Source: Acidimicrobiales bacterium (lineage in GTDB: Bacteria > Patescibacteriota > Minisyncoccia > Phycocordibacterales > UBA918). From it: a stretch of DNA of 64,000 bases. The translations under genes were made by a program, and so were the position numbers. The stretch covers positions 640 through 64,639 of the forward strand of contig JBLIMJ010000002.1 of NCBI GenBank assembly GCA_047638595.1, read 5' to 3'. Positions 37,189 to 47,367 of this stretch are shown one piece after another (the first letter of the stretch is position 1; every line of letters starts with the position of its first letter). Below the pieces are notes generated by a model. It worked only from the letters and a program-made list of their open reading frames with translations. It was not told the DNA's origin and did not search any database.

Positions 37189-37761
37189 ATGTACGAAGCA
37201 AAAACATTTACCATTCCCGTCATGGACGGGATTTCAGAAAGAACAATCAAAGAGCACCTTGGTCTCTACGCAGGGTACGTGAAACACGTCAATCTTATCC
37301 ATGAAAAAATTGCTGTATACAAGAACGAAGCGGAGGCAAATGGCTATGCAATAGCAGAAATGCAGCGACGCCTTGGATTTGAGTTTGGAGGAATGCGTAA
37401 CCATGAATACTACTTCACACAGTTTGAAGGAGGTGCCCAGGAAATCCCTGAAGGTGATTTTAGAACACTTGTTGAAACTCAATTTGATTCAACTGATGCA
37501 TTCGTTGAACACTTTAGAAATATCGCAATGACACGTGGTGTCGGATGGGCAATGGCATACGTTGACCGTCAAACTAACCAGTTGGTATGTACCTGGGTTG
37601 ATGAGCAGCACCTTGGACAGCTCGCAGACCTCGACATTGTCCTTGCTCTAGATATGTGGGAGCACTCATACATGCTTGACTATGCACCATCAGAAAAGAA
37701 ATCATATGTAGATGCATTCTTTGCAAACCTCAACTGGGAAGTTGTCGCTAATCGAGTTTAA
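37189..37761 (+). CDS. Fe/Mn superoxide dismutase family protein (divergent N-terminal His motif); start at MYEAKTF, ORF opens at 37147
   Basis: NHEYYF, GVGWAMAY, DMWEHSYMLDY match SOD ligand regions; HHxKHH motif degenerate (EHLGLY). Confidence 0.6.
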   Translation: MYEAKTFTIPVMDGISERTIKEHLGLYAGYVKHVNLIHEKIAVYKNEAEANGYAIAEMQRRLGFEFGGMRNHEYYFTQFEGGAQEIPEGDFRTLVETQFDSTDAFVEHFRNIAMTRGVGWAMAYVDRQTNQLVCTWVDEQHLGQLADLDIVLALDMWEHSYMLDYAPSEKKSYVDAFFANLNWEVVANRV

Positions 37762-39398
37762 CGAAAAGATATAGATGTATGATTGGCTGCAGAAGAGCTT
37801 TGCTCTTCTGCAGCCAATCTTTTTTCTACCTCCTGCTCTTCTTCAATCACCCATCCTGAAACTACAGGAGACGAACTAGAAGTTGTTTTTGGCTTCTTCT
37901 GCAATCGATACAACACATACCCTAGAAAAGCATACCCAATTATCACCACCCAAAATGGAAAGGTTGGCACAGCAAACGATGCAAACGGTACCCCTGCAAA
38001 GAAAGTTGCCACAATCAAAATATACGAAAGAGATATATGTGTCACAAACCCTATGAGCACTGCCACTGGTACTGAGACAAGTCCAACGAGTCCGGTGATG
38101 AATGTCAGTAACATAGCAATGGGTACCATCGGTAACACCAATACATTTACAATGACCGACACTATAGATAGTTCACCAATCTGATACAACAAAATAGGCA
38201 TTACGAAAATCTGCGTTGCGAGCGTTGCAGTAAGAAACTCTCGCATGCCTAATAAGGTTGGCATAAATTGCAAACGCTGTTCAATGTGAGTCGCTAGAAA
38301 AATAAGGCCTAAGGTCGCAAGGAATGACAATTGGAACCCGACGTCATACACCAGCAAATACGGATTGATGAGAATCATAATAATCCCTGCAAAGCACAGA
38401 GCACGCATGACTGCATAGGTACGCCCGGTAGATCGCGCAAAGAGTATCAGTGCAGCCATAATACTTGCTCGTACAACAGTCGCCGACAAACCAACAAGTA
38501 CTGCGAAACAGATTATTGAAGCAATACCAAATGGAACCCGAGCTTTATACGGAAGGATGTATGAAAGGACATAGGTAATGAAGATCACCACCAACATCAC
38601 GTTGTACCCCGAGAGCACCACAATATGAATAATGCCTGTCTTACGAAAGACTTCCTCAAGTTCGTCGCCGAGCGCTTGCTTGACTCCAAGAAGTAATCCT
38701 TCAGCAAGTCCTACCTGCGGTTCAGGTAATACTTCTTCAATGCTTTGCATAAACAGTTGTTTCACTTTAAGGATTTTTGATATGAAAATGTTACCTGCAT
38801 CTTTTTCTAAAGTCGCCACCTCTGCAAAAGAGACAACGTAGGAAACACCTCGAGCATGTAAGTAACCAGGATAATTGAACGTACGACTAAGATCAGTTTC
38901 AAACACACCCGGTTTTTTAAGATGTCCTTCAATAATAATTCTGTCTCCGTAAGAGACGTCTGTATAACGGTGTGTGGTAACTAGAAGTAGTTCATCTTCA
39001 ACTCGCACATACAAATGAATGGTCTTTTCACGAATATCGGGCTCACGTACAACCACCCCTTCAAGAATCACTTCTTGGTCAATCTGTGTTTCATATATCT
39101 GACTGATTTCATCAATAGCAGCAAATTCGAAACGAATCATCCCTAACACGCACGTAACAAGAAAAATTGAGACGAACGCAAGATTGCCCGAGCAAGGGGC
39201 TTCGCCCCTTGCTCGGGCAATTAACCCAAACGCCCCCGCAAACATCACCATCCAGGCAACATACGCAAATCCAATGTCAAACAACGATGCGGCAGCAACA
39301 CCTACTGCAAAACCAATGATTCCTATATAAAAACAAAAACTGCTCACTTTTTTAGTGTAGCAGAAACGATGCTGGTGTGATTCCGAAAATGGAAACAC
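37758..39398 (-). CDS. comEC: ComEC/Rec2-family DNA uptake channel protein (DUF4131 plus competence domain), lacking the MBL domain
   Basis: 546 aa polytopic; competence-domain helices; MBL domain encoded separately at 36275-37138. Confidence 0.75.
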   Translation of the reverse strand: MFPFSESHQHRFCYTKKVSSFCFYIGIIGFAVGVAAASLFDIGFAYVAWMVMFAGAFGLIARARGEAPCSGNLAFVSIFLVTCVLGMIRFEFAAIDEISQIYETQIDQEVILEGVVVREPDIREKTIHLYVRVEDELLLVTTHRYTDVSYGDRIIIEGHLKKPGVFETDLSRTFNYPGYLHARGVSYVVSFAEVATLEKDAGNIFISKILKVKQLFMQSIEEVLPEPQVGLAEGLLLGVKQALGDELEEVFRKTGIIHIVVLSGYNVMLVVIFITYVLSYILPYKARVPFGIASIICFAVLVGLSATVVRASIMAALILFARSTGRTYAVMRALCFAGIIMILINPYLLVYDVGFQLSFLATLGLIFLATHIEQRLQFMPTLLGMREFLTATLATQIFVMPILLYQIGELSIVSVIVNVLVLPMVPIAMLLTFITGLVGLVSVPVAVLIGFVTHISLSYILIVATFFAGVPFASFAVPTFPFWVVIIGYAFLGYVLYRLQKKPKTTSSSSPVVSGWVIEEEQEVEKRLAAEEQSSSAANHTSISFR

Positions 39399-39919
39399 AC
39401 CGGATTGAATGAGACTTGTATCACCCCAGTTCCTCCGACGCCTCAGGCTAGACTATAGGGTGACCGTTTTCGACACAAAGAAACAAGGCAATGGAAGCAA
39501 ATGAAATTATTAATCCGAAACCCAAAGTTTTCAGGAGGTTAAAAAACCAAAAAGTTATGGCTATATCCCTATTTTTGTACCGAGTTTTAGGAATTCAGCA
39601 AATCCCCTCGGGAAGAACGTGCTAATCTCAAAATACCCTCAAGGTAGTGAGTGGTCAATCTGTCTAGTGCATAAATAAAAAACCGTCCACAACATTTGTT
39701 GCGACGGTGACAAAGGGTAGTAATCTACCCTTTGTCTTTGAAGTCAGCGACCGCCCTGCGGGGATTTGGTAGATGACGGTTTTGGGGAACCATACTGACC
39801 CATGATAGGACCAAGACCCAGCGGCAAACTATTTTTTGATTTCAATGTTATTACTCCCTTTTCTGTGTCAAATTACAAATTTGTAACACAAGCAAATATA
39901 CTACTTGTCATAAAAATAA
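39399..39919. other. 520-bp noncoding region with several strong hairpins; ncRNA candidate or promoter region
   Basis: GACAAAGGGTAG-TAAT-CTACCCTTTGTC (39707-39736), CCGTCCACAACATTTGTTGCGACGG (39683-39705). Confidence 0.3.
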
Positions 39920-40336
39920 TCAAGCCTGTGCGTCTAGTGCTTCGTTTACCAAACGATCTGCTTCTTTGTTCTCAGCACGTAACACGTGGGTGTAAGATAC
40001 TGAAGCAAATTGGTTTTCTAATGCTTTAATGGCATCAACGTACGTTTTCAGGTTTGTATCCTTTACCTTATACGCTTCATTAAGTTGTCTCTCTACAAGT
40101 TGACTATCAAGTTTAAAATCTACCTGTAGTGCCTTTGAGTCAGGGAAAAATGTCTGCATGTGTTCAAGCGCTCGTTTGACCGCAGTATATTCAGCAACAT
40201 TGTTCGTAGCCTCACCAATATATTCGGAAAGTTCACATAAAACTGCATTTTTTTCGTCAAGTATCTGTACTCCAATACCAGAAGGTCCCGGATTTCCTCG
40301 GGCTCCCCCATCTGTAAATACTGTTACCTTTTTCAT
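39920..40336 (-). CDS. rnhA: ribonuclease HI
   Basis: TDGGARGNPGPSG..; DEDD-type catalytic residues. Confidence 0.85.
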   Translation of the reverse strand: MKKVTVFTDGGARGNPGPSGIGVQILDEKNAVLCELSEYIGEATNNVAEYTAVKRALEHMQTFFPDSKALQVDFKLDSQLVERQLNEAYKVKDTNLKTYVDAIKALENQFASVSYTHVLRAENKEADRLVNEALDAQA

Positions 40337-40485
40337 ATGTCATGTGTATTACTTAAAAAATAAATCTCCTTTTTAAAATCTGAAGCGCCAACTATACCAC
40401 ACCCACGTCACAACAGCGCATTGTATTATAAATACTACGGATAACCGTAGTACATCATACGTAATAAATGTTGATAGTGTGATGG

Positions 40486-42204
40486 TTACTCAACGATATC
40501 AACTATGCGCAGACGGGTTTGAAGGCGACCCATGAAGTATGACTGTTCAAGGTGAGCTAATAGTGTAAGCTCTGCCCCTACCTCGGGAACTACGGTGAAG
40601 TCTTCTGGTTTTTTAAAGAATGCGATCGCTTCACGTGCATACCCTTTAGTATCAAACTGTAACTTCGTATGCTCTTTTGTTTTTCCAAAAATAGCGACTT
40701 CTCTAGCTTTCACGTTTGTAAATTTATACAATGGCTTTGGATTATCCATACCAAACGGTGCTAGAGACTTCTGTTCTTCTATGACTTTGCTTGTAATATC
40801 ATCAAGGGTTAGCTCCGCATCGACCACTAATTGTGTATCAATATCAGCTGCATTTCCGAGCTTCTTGAAGACATCATTCATTGCCTGTGGCAGTGTGTGA
40901 ATATGTTCTTCTTGAACACCGAAACCTCCTGCCATATGGTGCCCTCCAAATTCATGAAGTAAGTCCGAGACACCCTCCATTATAGCAATAACACTACTGG
41001 CTCCATTTGACCGGCATGATCCCTTAATCTTCCCATTACCATCACGTCCCCAGACAAATGCGGGGCAGTTGTATTCTTCAGCAAGTTTATTTGCAGTTAA
41101 CCCTACAAGGGATGGTCTCCAATCTGGATTACCTAACACCAACACATCAGGAATTTCAACCATTGCTTTCATGCGTTTATGGACCTCTTTGGTCATCATC
41201 GATACCTTTCCTTTTCGTTCGTTGTTTAGTTTTTCAAGATGTTCCACAGCCGCTCCCGCTTCACCTTCATCAGTGGTTGCAAGCATACTAAACGCATCTT
41301 CGGGAGTATCCATACGGGACGCTGCATTGATACGCGGACCAATAGTAAATCCAATATCGTCTTCCGTGAGATACCGTTGATCTGCTTTTTGTTTTCTTAG
41401 TAACATTTGCAGACCAGGACGTCGTGACTTACGTAGAACCTGTAAACCATAATGCGCAAGAGCACGATTTTCATCACGCAGTGGCACCATATCGGCAATA
41501 GTGGCGATAGCGACCATATCCAACCACCATTTCTCCCATCCTACAGTTAAATTAAAGTCGCCCTTGGCAATCAATGCTTGCACTACTTTAAAAATCACTC
41601 CCGCCCCGCACAATCCTTTAAACGGATACGTATCACCTAGTTGTGGATTTACTATCGCGACTGCCTCAGGTAATAATTCCTTTGCTTGGTGATGGTCAGT
41701 AATGATGACGTCGACTCCCAACTCATTTGCTCTTGCAACCGACTCTATATCAGTGGTTCCACAGTCGATAGTAATAATCAACTCTGCGCCTTCTGTGGCA
41801 AGCTTTTCTACAGCAGAAACATTTAAACCAAATCCATCATAGTGCCGATGAGGAATGTGATTTTTAAAATTTTTATATGTGATTGCCTTAAAAAAATCGT
41901 GCAGTACGACCGCACCAGGAATACCGTCACAGTCATAATCACTATAAATAACAATCTGTTCATTGTTTGTCACTGCTTTCAAGATACGTTCCACTGCCAC
42001 ATCCATATCATGCAGGAGAAACGGGTCATGCAAGTCATCAACATATGAGGGGTTGAGAAAAGATTGTGCTGCTGCCTGTGTTTTTATACCTCGAGTATAA
42101 AGAAGCTGTTGTAAAAAGGGAGAATAGGACTGTAATTCTTTCTTTACAGTATCATCGTGTGTATCTGCCATACGGTAGGAAGTCATAATTCCGTATGATA
42201 CCAT
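40486..42204 (-). CDS. recJ: single-stranded-DNA-specific exonuclease RecJ
   Basis: DHH (DYDCDG, DHH) and DHHA1 motifs; 572 aa. Confidence 0.85.
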   Translation of the reverse strand: MVSYGIMTSYRMADTHDDTVKKELQSYSPFLQQLLYTRGIKTQAAAQSFLNPSYVDDLHDPFLLHDMDVAVERILKAVTNNEQIVIYSDYDCDGIPGAVVLHDFFKAITYKNFKNHIPHRHYDGFGLNVSAVEKLATEGAELIITIDCGTTDIESVARANELGVDVIITDHHQAKELLPEAVAIVNPQLGDTYPFKGLCGAGVIFKVVQALIAKGDFNLTVGWEKWWLDMVAIATIADMVPLRDENRALAHYGLQVLRKSRRPGLQMLLRKQKADQRYLTEDDIGFTIGPRINAASRMDTPEDAFSMLATTDEGEAGAAVEHLEKLNNERKGKVSMMTKEVHKRMKAMVEIPDVLVLGNPDWRPSLVGLTANKLAEEYNCPAFVWGRDGNGKIKGSCRSNGASSVIAIMEGVSDLLHEFGGHHMAGGFGVQEEHIHTLPQAMNDVFKKLGNAADIDTQLVVDAELTLDDITSKVIEEQKSLAPFGMDNPKPLYKFTNVKAREVAIFGKTKEHTKLQFDTKGYAREAIAFFKKPEDFTVVPEVGAELTLLAHLEQSYFMGRLQTRLRIVDIVE

Positions 42205-42233
42205 TACCCGGAAGATAATAATATTTCCGAACT

Positions 42234-42650
42234 ATGTCGACATCAATTTTCACCAAAATAATTAATCGAGAAATTCCGGCACACTTTATATACGAAGATG
42301 AACACTGTGTGGTAATTCTAGATAAATTCCCTGCAGTAAGGGGACAATCCTTGGTAATTCCAAAGAAACACGTCGACTACGCATTTGACTTAGACGATGA
42401 CACTTACATTCATTTATTCAAAGCAGCAAAGATGATTGCCAAAGCTTCGGACAAAGCACTTGCAGCTGAGCGTACCTGTTTAGTAGTGGAAGGATTTGAT
42501 GTGCCACATGTGCATATTAAAATTTACCCAATGCAGAGTACAAAGAAAGCACTTGGGTCTATTATGCCTGAAGGAAATGAAGCTACTGAAGAAGACTTGG
42601 CAATAGTTGCTACACAACTTATTGCAGCAATAGACCAGAAGATTGAATAA
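42234..42650 (+). CDS. HIT-family (histidine triad) hydrolase
   Basis: HVHIKIYP His-triad motif. Confidence 0.8.
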   Translation: MSTSIFTKIINREIPAHFIYEDEHCVVILDKFPAVRGQSLVIPKKHVDYAFDLDDDTYIHLFKAAKMIAKASDKALAAERTCLVVEGFDVPHVHIKIYPMQSTKKALGSIMPEGNEATEEDLAIVATQLIAAIDQKIE

Positions 42651-42655
42651 AACTT

Positions 42656-42690
42656 GGCCGGTAACAATATAATTGTTACCGGCCTTTTTT
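42656..42690 (+). terminator. GGCCGGTAACAAT-ATA-ATTGTTACCGGCC plus TTTTTT
   Basis: read from sequence. Confidence 0.7.
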
Positions 42691-42920
42691 CTATTTTGGT
42701 TGTAGGCGTCTAAGCACTGTTCCATGTATAGGACCACATGCCAGACTGCCTATAAGCCGAACGAAATTAGCTTTTGCGACACCTTGGGAATCTGACGGTT
42801 CACCAATTGGATTCCTGCGCCTAGGTTTTTCTTGAAACCGTTTCAGTGTGTTGGATTTTGGTTTTTTTAACATTCTGCACCTCCTTTATTACGGTACCAT
42901 ACAGAGTATCTGATGCAACT

Positions 42921-42964
42921 AGAAAGAATCACTGCTTTAATAACGTTATTAAAGCAGTGATTCT
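42921..42964. terminator. perfect 20-bp-arm palindrome AAAGAATCACTGCTTTAATAACG/CGTTATTAAAGCAGTGATTCTTT downstream of ybaK
   Basis: read from sequence. Confidence 0.5.
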
Positions 42965-43141
42965 TTATTGAATGATCTCAACTATATTTGGCTCTACTGC
43001 TCTTACATAATCTGACGACAACATAGCGATGCAATACTCGCTGTCGCCAGCACTGAAAATTAAATGAAGAAAGGAACGTAGTGTCTATTCTGAATTTACG
43101 TCTCAATTCCTTCCTTCCCTAGAAGGAATTGCTAGACGCAA

Positions 43142-43645
43142 TTACACGATGGATACGACGTTTGGTTTTACTACTTTAAGATAGTCTTCCGACTTCATCG
43201 CTATGGAACAACTCCGATCACCTGCATTAAATATTATCTCCTGATTTTCTAGAAGAGTTTTATCAACATATACTTCCAAACCAAATATATTTCCAAAAGG
43301 TGGAACACCTCCTGGTTGCACACCATCTGTAACTCTTTCAACTTCCTCAGGTAATGCGAAACGAATATCTGTAGCATGAAGAGCATGTCGTGCCTTTTTT
43401 GGGTCAAACTTTGCATCCCCTGGGACCACAATCTGAACAAATTGTTTTTGTTCTTCTTTGGGAACCTCCTTCTTTTTTATGCGTAAAATGAGTGCTTTGG
43501 CTCCTTGTGAGATAGAGTACTCAGGGCGTAGTGAGGCCGCCTCTTCACTAGTACGCACTGGGTCATGCTCAAAGCACTTATACTCCAGACTTGACTGGGT
43601 AAGTAGATCCTTGATTTGTTGTACTACGGGATGATAGCTAGACAT
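43142..43645 (-). CDS. YbaK/ProX-type aminoacyl-tRNA deacylase (trans-editing domain protein)
   Basis: FEHDPVRTSEEAA..GAKALIL pattern. Confidence 0.65.
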   Translation of the reverse strand: MSSYHPVVQQIKDLLTQSSLEYKCFEHDPVRTSEEAASLRPEYSISQGAKALILRIKKKEVPKEEQKQFVQIVVPGDAKFDPKKARHALHATDIRFALPEEVERVTDGVQPGGVPPFGNIFGLEVYVDKTLLENQEIIFNAGDRSCSIAMKSEDYLKVVKPNVVSIV

Positions 43646-43895
43646 ACAGGTGCTTTTGCTTCTTACAGTAGCTGTTCAGGTTATCAATATTTCTTTTCGG
43701 TACCTCAAGAAATATCTGGTCACCTCTTGTGACAGTCCCCCGGACTGTCTCACCTTGTGCGAGGGAGTATTCGGAACGTAATGCTGCTGCTTCCTCACTG
43801 ATACGGACTGCTTCATGTTCAAAGCATTGATAGTGACAATTCGCACTATCTAAAAGTTGCTTAATTTTCTGTACTGTTTGATTATACTCAGACAT
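43638..43895 (-). pseudogene. truncated/frameshifted tandem paralog of the YbaK-like gene (first 45 aa conserved, then frameshift)
   Basis: MSEYNQTVQKIKQLLDSANCHYQCFEHEAVRISEEAAALRSEYSLAQG versus MSSYHPVVQQIKDLLTQSSLEYKCFEHDPVRTSEEAASLRPEYSISQG; alternative frame gives RYFLRYRKE versus LILRIKKKE. Confidence 0.55.
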
Positions 43896-43899
43896 ACAT

Positions 43900-45051
43900 T
43901 TATTTCTTCAACGCTGGTGATTTTTGCAATGCATCAATTGCAGGTAATGTGCCATGTTCAAGAAACGTTAACATTGCGCCACCAGCAGTTGAAAGGAAAT
44001 TATATTTCTCCTGACAACACAATGCTTCTATAGATGCAACTGTATCTCCACCTCCAATAACTGAATACCCTTTCGCATCAGCAATAAACTTTGCTGTAGC
44101 AACAGTCTGTTCATCAAATCCATTTTCGTAATCTCCAAAAGGACCATTCCAGAGAACCATTTGTGCGTTTTTAATGTATTCTTTAAGCATGGCAGATGTG
44201 TCCGGACCCGCATCCATAATACGTTCGTCCTTGCGTACATCTTCAGGGATAGTGATACGTGTAACACCATCTTTTTGAACAATCACATCTATCGGGAGTA
44301 AAATTTTTGTATGGGTGAGCAATGGGCTGTCTACAAGACTTGCATCTGAAACAAGTGACGCACCCGTTTCAAAACCCTTAGCTTTAAAAAAATCATTTGC
44401 CAATGCGCCACCAATAAACAGATGATCATACACATCTAAAAACTTTTCAACTAACGGCATCTTTGTATCAAACTTGGCACCACCAATTAAAAAAAGTGAG
44501 GGTGATTTAGGTTGTAGTGCCTTAGAGAGTTCTTGGTACTCATGTACGAAGTTCAAGCCAGCGAACGAAGGGAGGAACTGTGTGATTGCTGAAAGTGATG
44601 CATGTTCTCTATGTGAAGCTGAAAATGCATCGTTTACATATATATCAACTAAGTCCGCGAGTTCTTTTGCATACTCAATATCATTTTCCTTTTCTCTTTC
44701 ATCACTACGAAGATTCTCGAGCATCAACACCTCTCCATCTTTCATTTCATCACGTAATTGTGTAGTAGTGTCACCTATAACTTCTTTAGAGAAAGAAACA
44801 GGAATGTAATGGGAAAGCACCTTTGCAATCGGTGCTACCGAAACGGTAGCATCGCGTCCTAAGTGACCTGCCATAATCACACGTGCACCACGCGAGGAGA
44901 GATACTGGATGGTTGCAATGCCACGAGTAATTCGAAATTGATTTTTCACTTCCCCGTCAACAATCGGTACGTTAATAGAGGCACGTAAAAAAACATACTT
45001 CCCCTGTAAGTTAGTACAGGTGGTAATACTTTTAAACAACTTTTTTTGCAT
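43900..45051 (-). CDS. pgk: phosphoglycerate kinase
   Basis: GKYVFLRASINVP; hinge and nucleotide-binding motifs. Confidence 0.9.
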   Translation of the reverse strand: MQKKLFKSITTCTNLQGKYVFLRASINVPIVDGEVKNQFRITRGIATIQYLSSRGARVIMAGHLGRDATVSVAPIAKVLSHYIPVSFSKEVIGDTTTQLRDEMKDGEVLMLENLRSDEREKENDIEYAKELADLVDIYVNDAFSASHREHASLSAITQFLPSFAGLNFVHEYQELSKALQPKSPSLFLIGGAKFDTKMPLVEKFLDVYDHLFIGGALANDFFKAKGFETGASLVSDASLVDSPLLTHTKILLPIDVIVQKDGVTRITIPEDVRKDERIMDAGPDTSAMLKEYIKNAQMVLWNGPFGDYENGFDEQTVATAKFIADAKGYSVIGGGDTVASIEALCCQEKYNFLSTAGGAMLTFLEHGTLPAIDALQKSPALKK

Positions 45052-45814
45052 ATGTTTCGGCAATATGTATAATCTCTGCGAATTCTTTTGGCTTTAAACT
45101 TGCTCCTCCAATCAAAAATCCGTCAACTTGTCCCACCTCGAATAATTCCTGTGCATTTTTACTCTTCACTGAACCACCATACAGTACCCGTACTTTTTTA
45201 ATTGCTTTACGTCCAAATTGGTCCGCAATAATTTTTTGAATAAAGAGTTTCATTTCATGCACATCTTCTGGTGTTGCGTGATTACCAGTGCCAATAGCCC
45301 ATACCGGTTCATATGCAATAACTAATTGTGCAAGTTTTGTTTTTGGGACATCGCGTAATGCTGAACGCATCTGCGCTTCAACAATACCAAAGTAATTTCC
45401 ATGTTCATCACGTGCTTTTTCACCCACACATACAATTGCGGTGATACCACTTTTGAAAACAGCCTGTACATCTTTATAGATTTCTTCATCAGTCTCTCCG
45501 GCAGCACGGCGCTCGGAATGTCCAATGATGACTGAGGTAACCCCAACACTTTTAAGCATTGGTAATGATACCTCTCCAGTATGTGCGCCGATACTTTCAA
45601 AAAAGACATCTTGTGCTGAAAGACCAATACGCTGTGAAGGTGAAAGTCGTTCCATCTCTGAAAGAAATGGAAAAGGGGGAGCAACTGCCACTAGACTCAC
45701 CAATTTCTTCCGACCAATAGCCTTACGAGTATCTAAAAATAACTTCCGTGCGTTACCAAGTGTCGCTGGATTCATTTTCCAGTTACCTATAATCAGTGGT
45801 GTATGTACTTTCAT
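45032..45814 (-). CDS. tpiA: triosephosphate isomerase (start at MKVHTPLIIGNWKMN)
   Basis: IGNWKMN, IGHSERR, AYEPVWAIGTG. Confidence 0.92.
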   Translation of the reverse strand: MKVHTPLIIGNWKMNPATLGNARKLFLDTRKAIGRKKLVSLVAVAPPFPFLSEMERLSPSQRIGLSAQDVFFESIGAHTGEVSLPMLKSVGVTSVIIGHSERRAAGETDEEIYKDVQAVFKSGITAIVCVGEKARDEHGNYFGIVEAQMRSALRDVPKTKLAQLVIAYEPVWAIGTGNHATPEDVHEMKLFIQKIIADQFGRKAIKKVRVLYGGSVKSKNAQELFEVGQVDGFLIGGASLKPKEFAEIIHIAETYAKKVV

Positions 45815-45948
45815 AATAAGGAAATTGTAGCACATGAAAATGTGTTTATTAGTCCAGGGAAATTTTAAGAGCACTGGAGTTCGTCCCACCTATTGTCTGG
45901 TAAACATCGGCCATTCCCTATGGTGCAAGAACCGGAGGGAAGTGGGCA

Positions 45949-47367
45949 TTAGTCCTCTTCCCTCCACTCTACAAACTTAAAGTCATCTGAAGTTTCAGGG
46001 GCGAGCGGCGGAGGATTATTTACCAAATCTCTATCATACGAATTATATCGAGTTTCAAACCCAGAACAATATGACCCGCCACAGCTCCATTTAGTACCAA
46101 CACGTCCATTAGAAACAATGGTGCCATTTATGGTTAATGAATTTCTTTTTGTGTATGAATCATGTATAGAAAATACACCTGATGTACTGTAATAGTTCCT
46201 TCCAAAATGGCCATTTTGAGCTACAAAAATACCGTTGAGTTCCATATCGTCAGGAACTACCAGCCCTACAAGCACTTCCTCTTCTGCAACAGCAAGTAAC
46301 CCAGAAGAAGCATTCGCATAGGTGATGTTATCATTAATGATTATAGAAGGGTCCACGCCGGGTGAGTCAGTATCAGCAGCTGCAAGAGTCACCTTAGTAT
46401 CGACAACACCTTCAAGCCACACTTTATCTTCTACAAAAATAAGGGGGCATTCTTCATTAATGGTATAGGTCGCATATGGATCATCATTATAAATTACATG
46501 TCGCTCAGTCTGCCAACCATTTTGGCTTGAGTACCCCCAATAATTATAGGTACTATCAACTACACGTACTTGCACATCCCCATTCCCCAAGAAAGTCACT
46601 CTATACCCATAATCGCCTGACGGTGGTATGTAGATACCTCCACTGTTCTCAGCTTTATCACGCATAATTGCTAAGTCAACAGTCAGGCCAGTAAAGTTAA
46701 TAGGCGTTGAGGGGAACGTCCATAAATCACCATTAGGGCCATCGCCATACACTGCATCTAAAGTAGTCCCGTTAGAATCTGGTGCACAAGATAGTGAACC
46801 GTCACATACCCAGTCTTCTTGACCACTTGTTACCGTAGAGTTATTTGTCCCATCCATACGAATAATACCATTGGAGTGATAGGGACCAATGATAGTTCGG
46901 TCACTGCCTGCCCATACGTTTGAATTAATAATATATGCGAACTCGGCAACTGTCGGACGAGCATAGCGAGCATAGACAGTTCGTTGTAAGGTAGGTTCTT
47001 CATAGGTTGAACCTGTAGAAGTAATATCTATTGATGAAACATCCCCACAAAAAGTATTACTGGCAATTTCAAGTGAATACTCTCCAATAGTTCCCAATTC
47101 TGGGTCATCGTACGTAAATACATATGGCCCTGGAAGCCCTGTTCCGTTAGTGACATCATCTGGGTTGTGCGCAAGATACCATTTATAATAATTGATTCCC
47201 GCTTCAGCAATTTGTCGTGCTTGTTCTTGTTGGTATTTAGATTCTTGAACACGTACTTGAGTGACTACAAACCCCATAAAACTTGCCATCATCGTAAAAA
47301 ATATTGCACCGAAGACAAGTACTAAGACAAGTAACGCACCCTTTTGCTGTAATGATGTGTGTTTCAT
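45949..47367 (-). CDS. pilus-associated protein with PilX-like N-terminal hydrophobic domain (472 aa)
   Basis: QQKGALLVLVLVFGAIFF N-terminus; cluster context. Confidence 0.5.
   Translation of the reverse strand: MKHTSLQQKGALLVLVLVFGAIFFTMMASFMGFVVTQVRVQESKYQQEQARQIAEAGINYYKWYLAHNPDDVTNGTGLPGPYVFTYDDPELGTIGEYSLEIASNTFCGDVSSIDITSTGSTYEEPTLQRTVYARYARPTVAEFAYIINSNVWAGSDRTIIGPYHSNGIIRMDGTNNSTVTSGQEDWVCDGSLSCAPDSNGTTLDAVYGDGPNGDLWTFPSTPINFTGLTVDLAIMRDKAENSGGIYIPPSGDYGYRVTFLGNGDVQVRVVDSTYNYWGYSSQNGWQTERHVIYNDDPYATYTINEECPLIFVEDKVWLEGVVDTKVTLAAADTDSPGVDPSIIINDNITYANASSGLLAVAEEEVLVGLVVPDDMELNGIFVAQNGHFGRNYYSTSGVFSIHDSYTKRNSLTINGTIVSNGRVGTKWSCGGSYCSGFETRYNSYDRDLVNNPPPLAPETSDDFKFVEWREED

Noticed and set aside
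42691-42873. 60-aa minus-strand ORF (MLKKPKSNTLKRFQEKPRRRNPIG..)
   Set aside because: No RBS or conservation signal; lies between two terminator hairpins. Basic composition could suggest an r-protein, but no match to L34/L36/S21 signatures.
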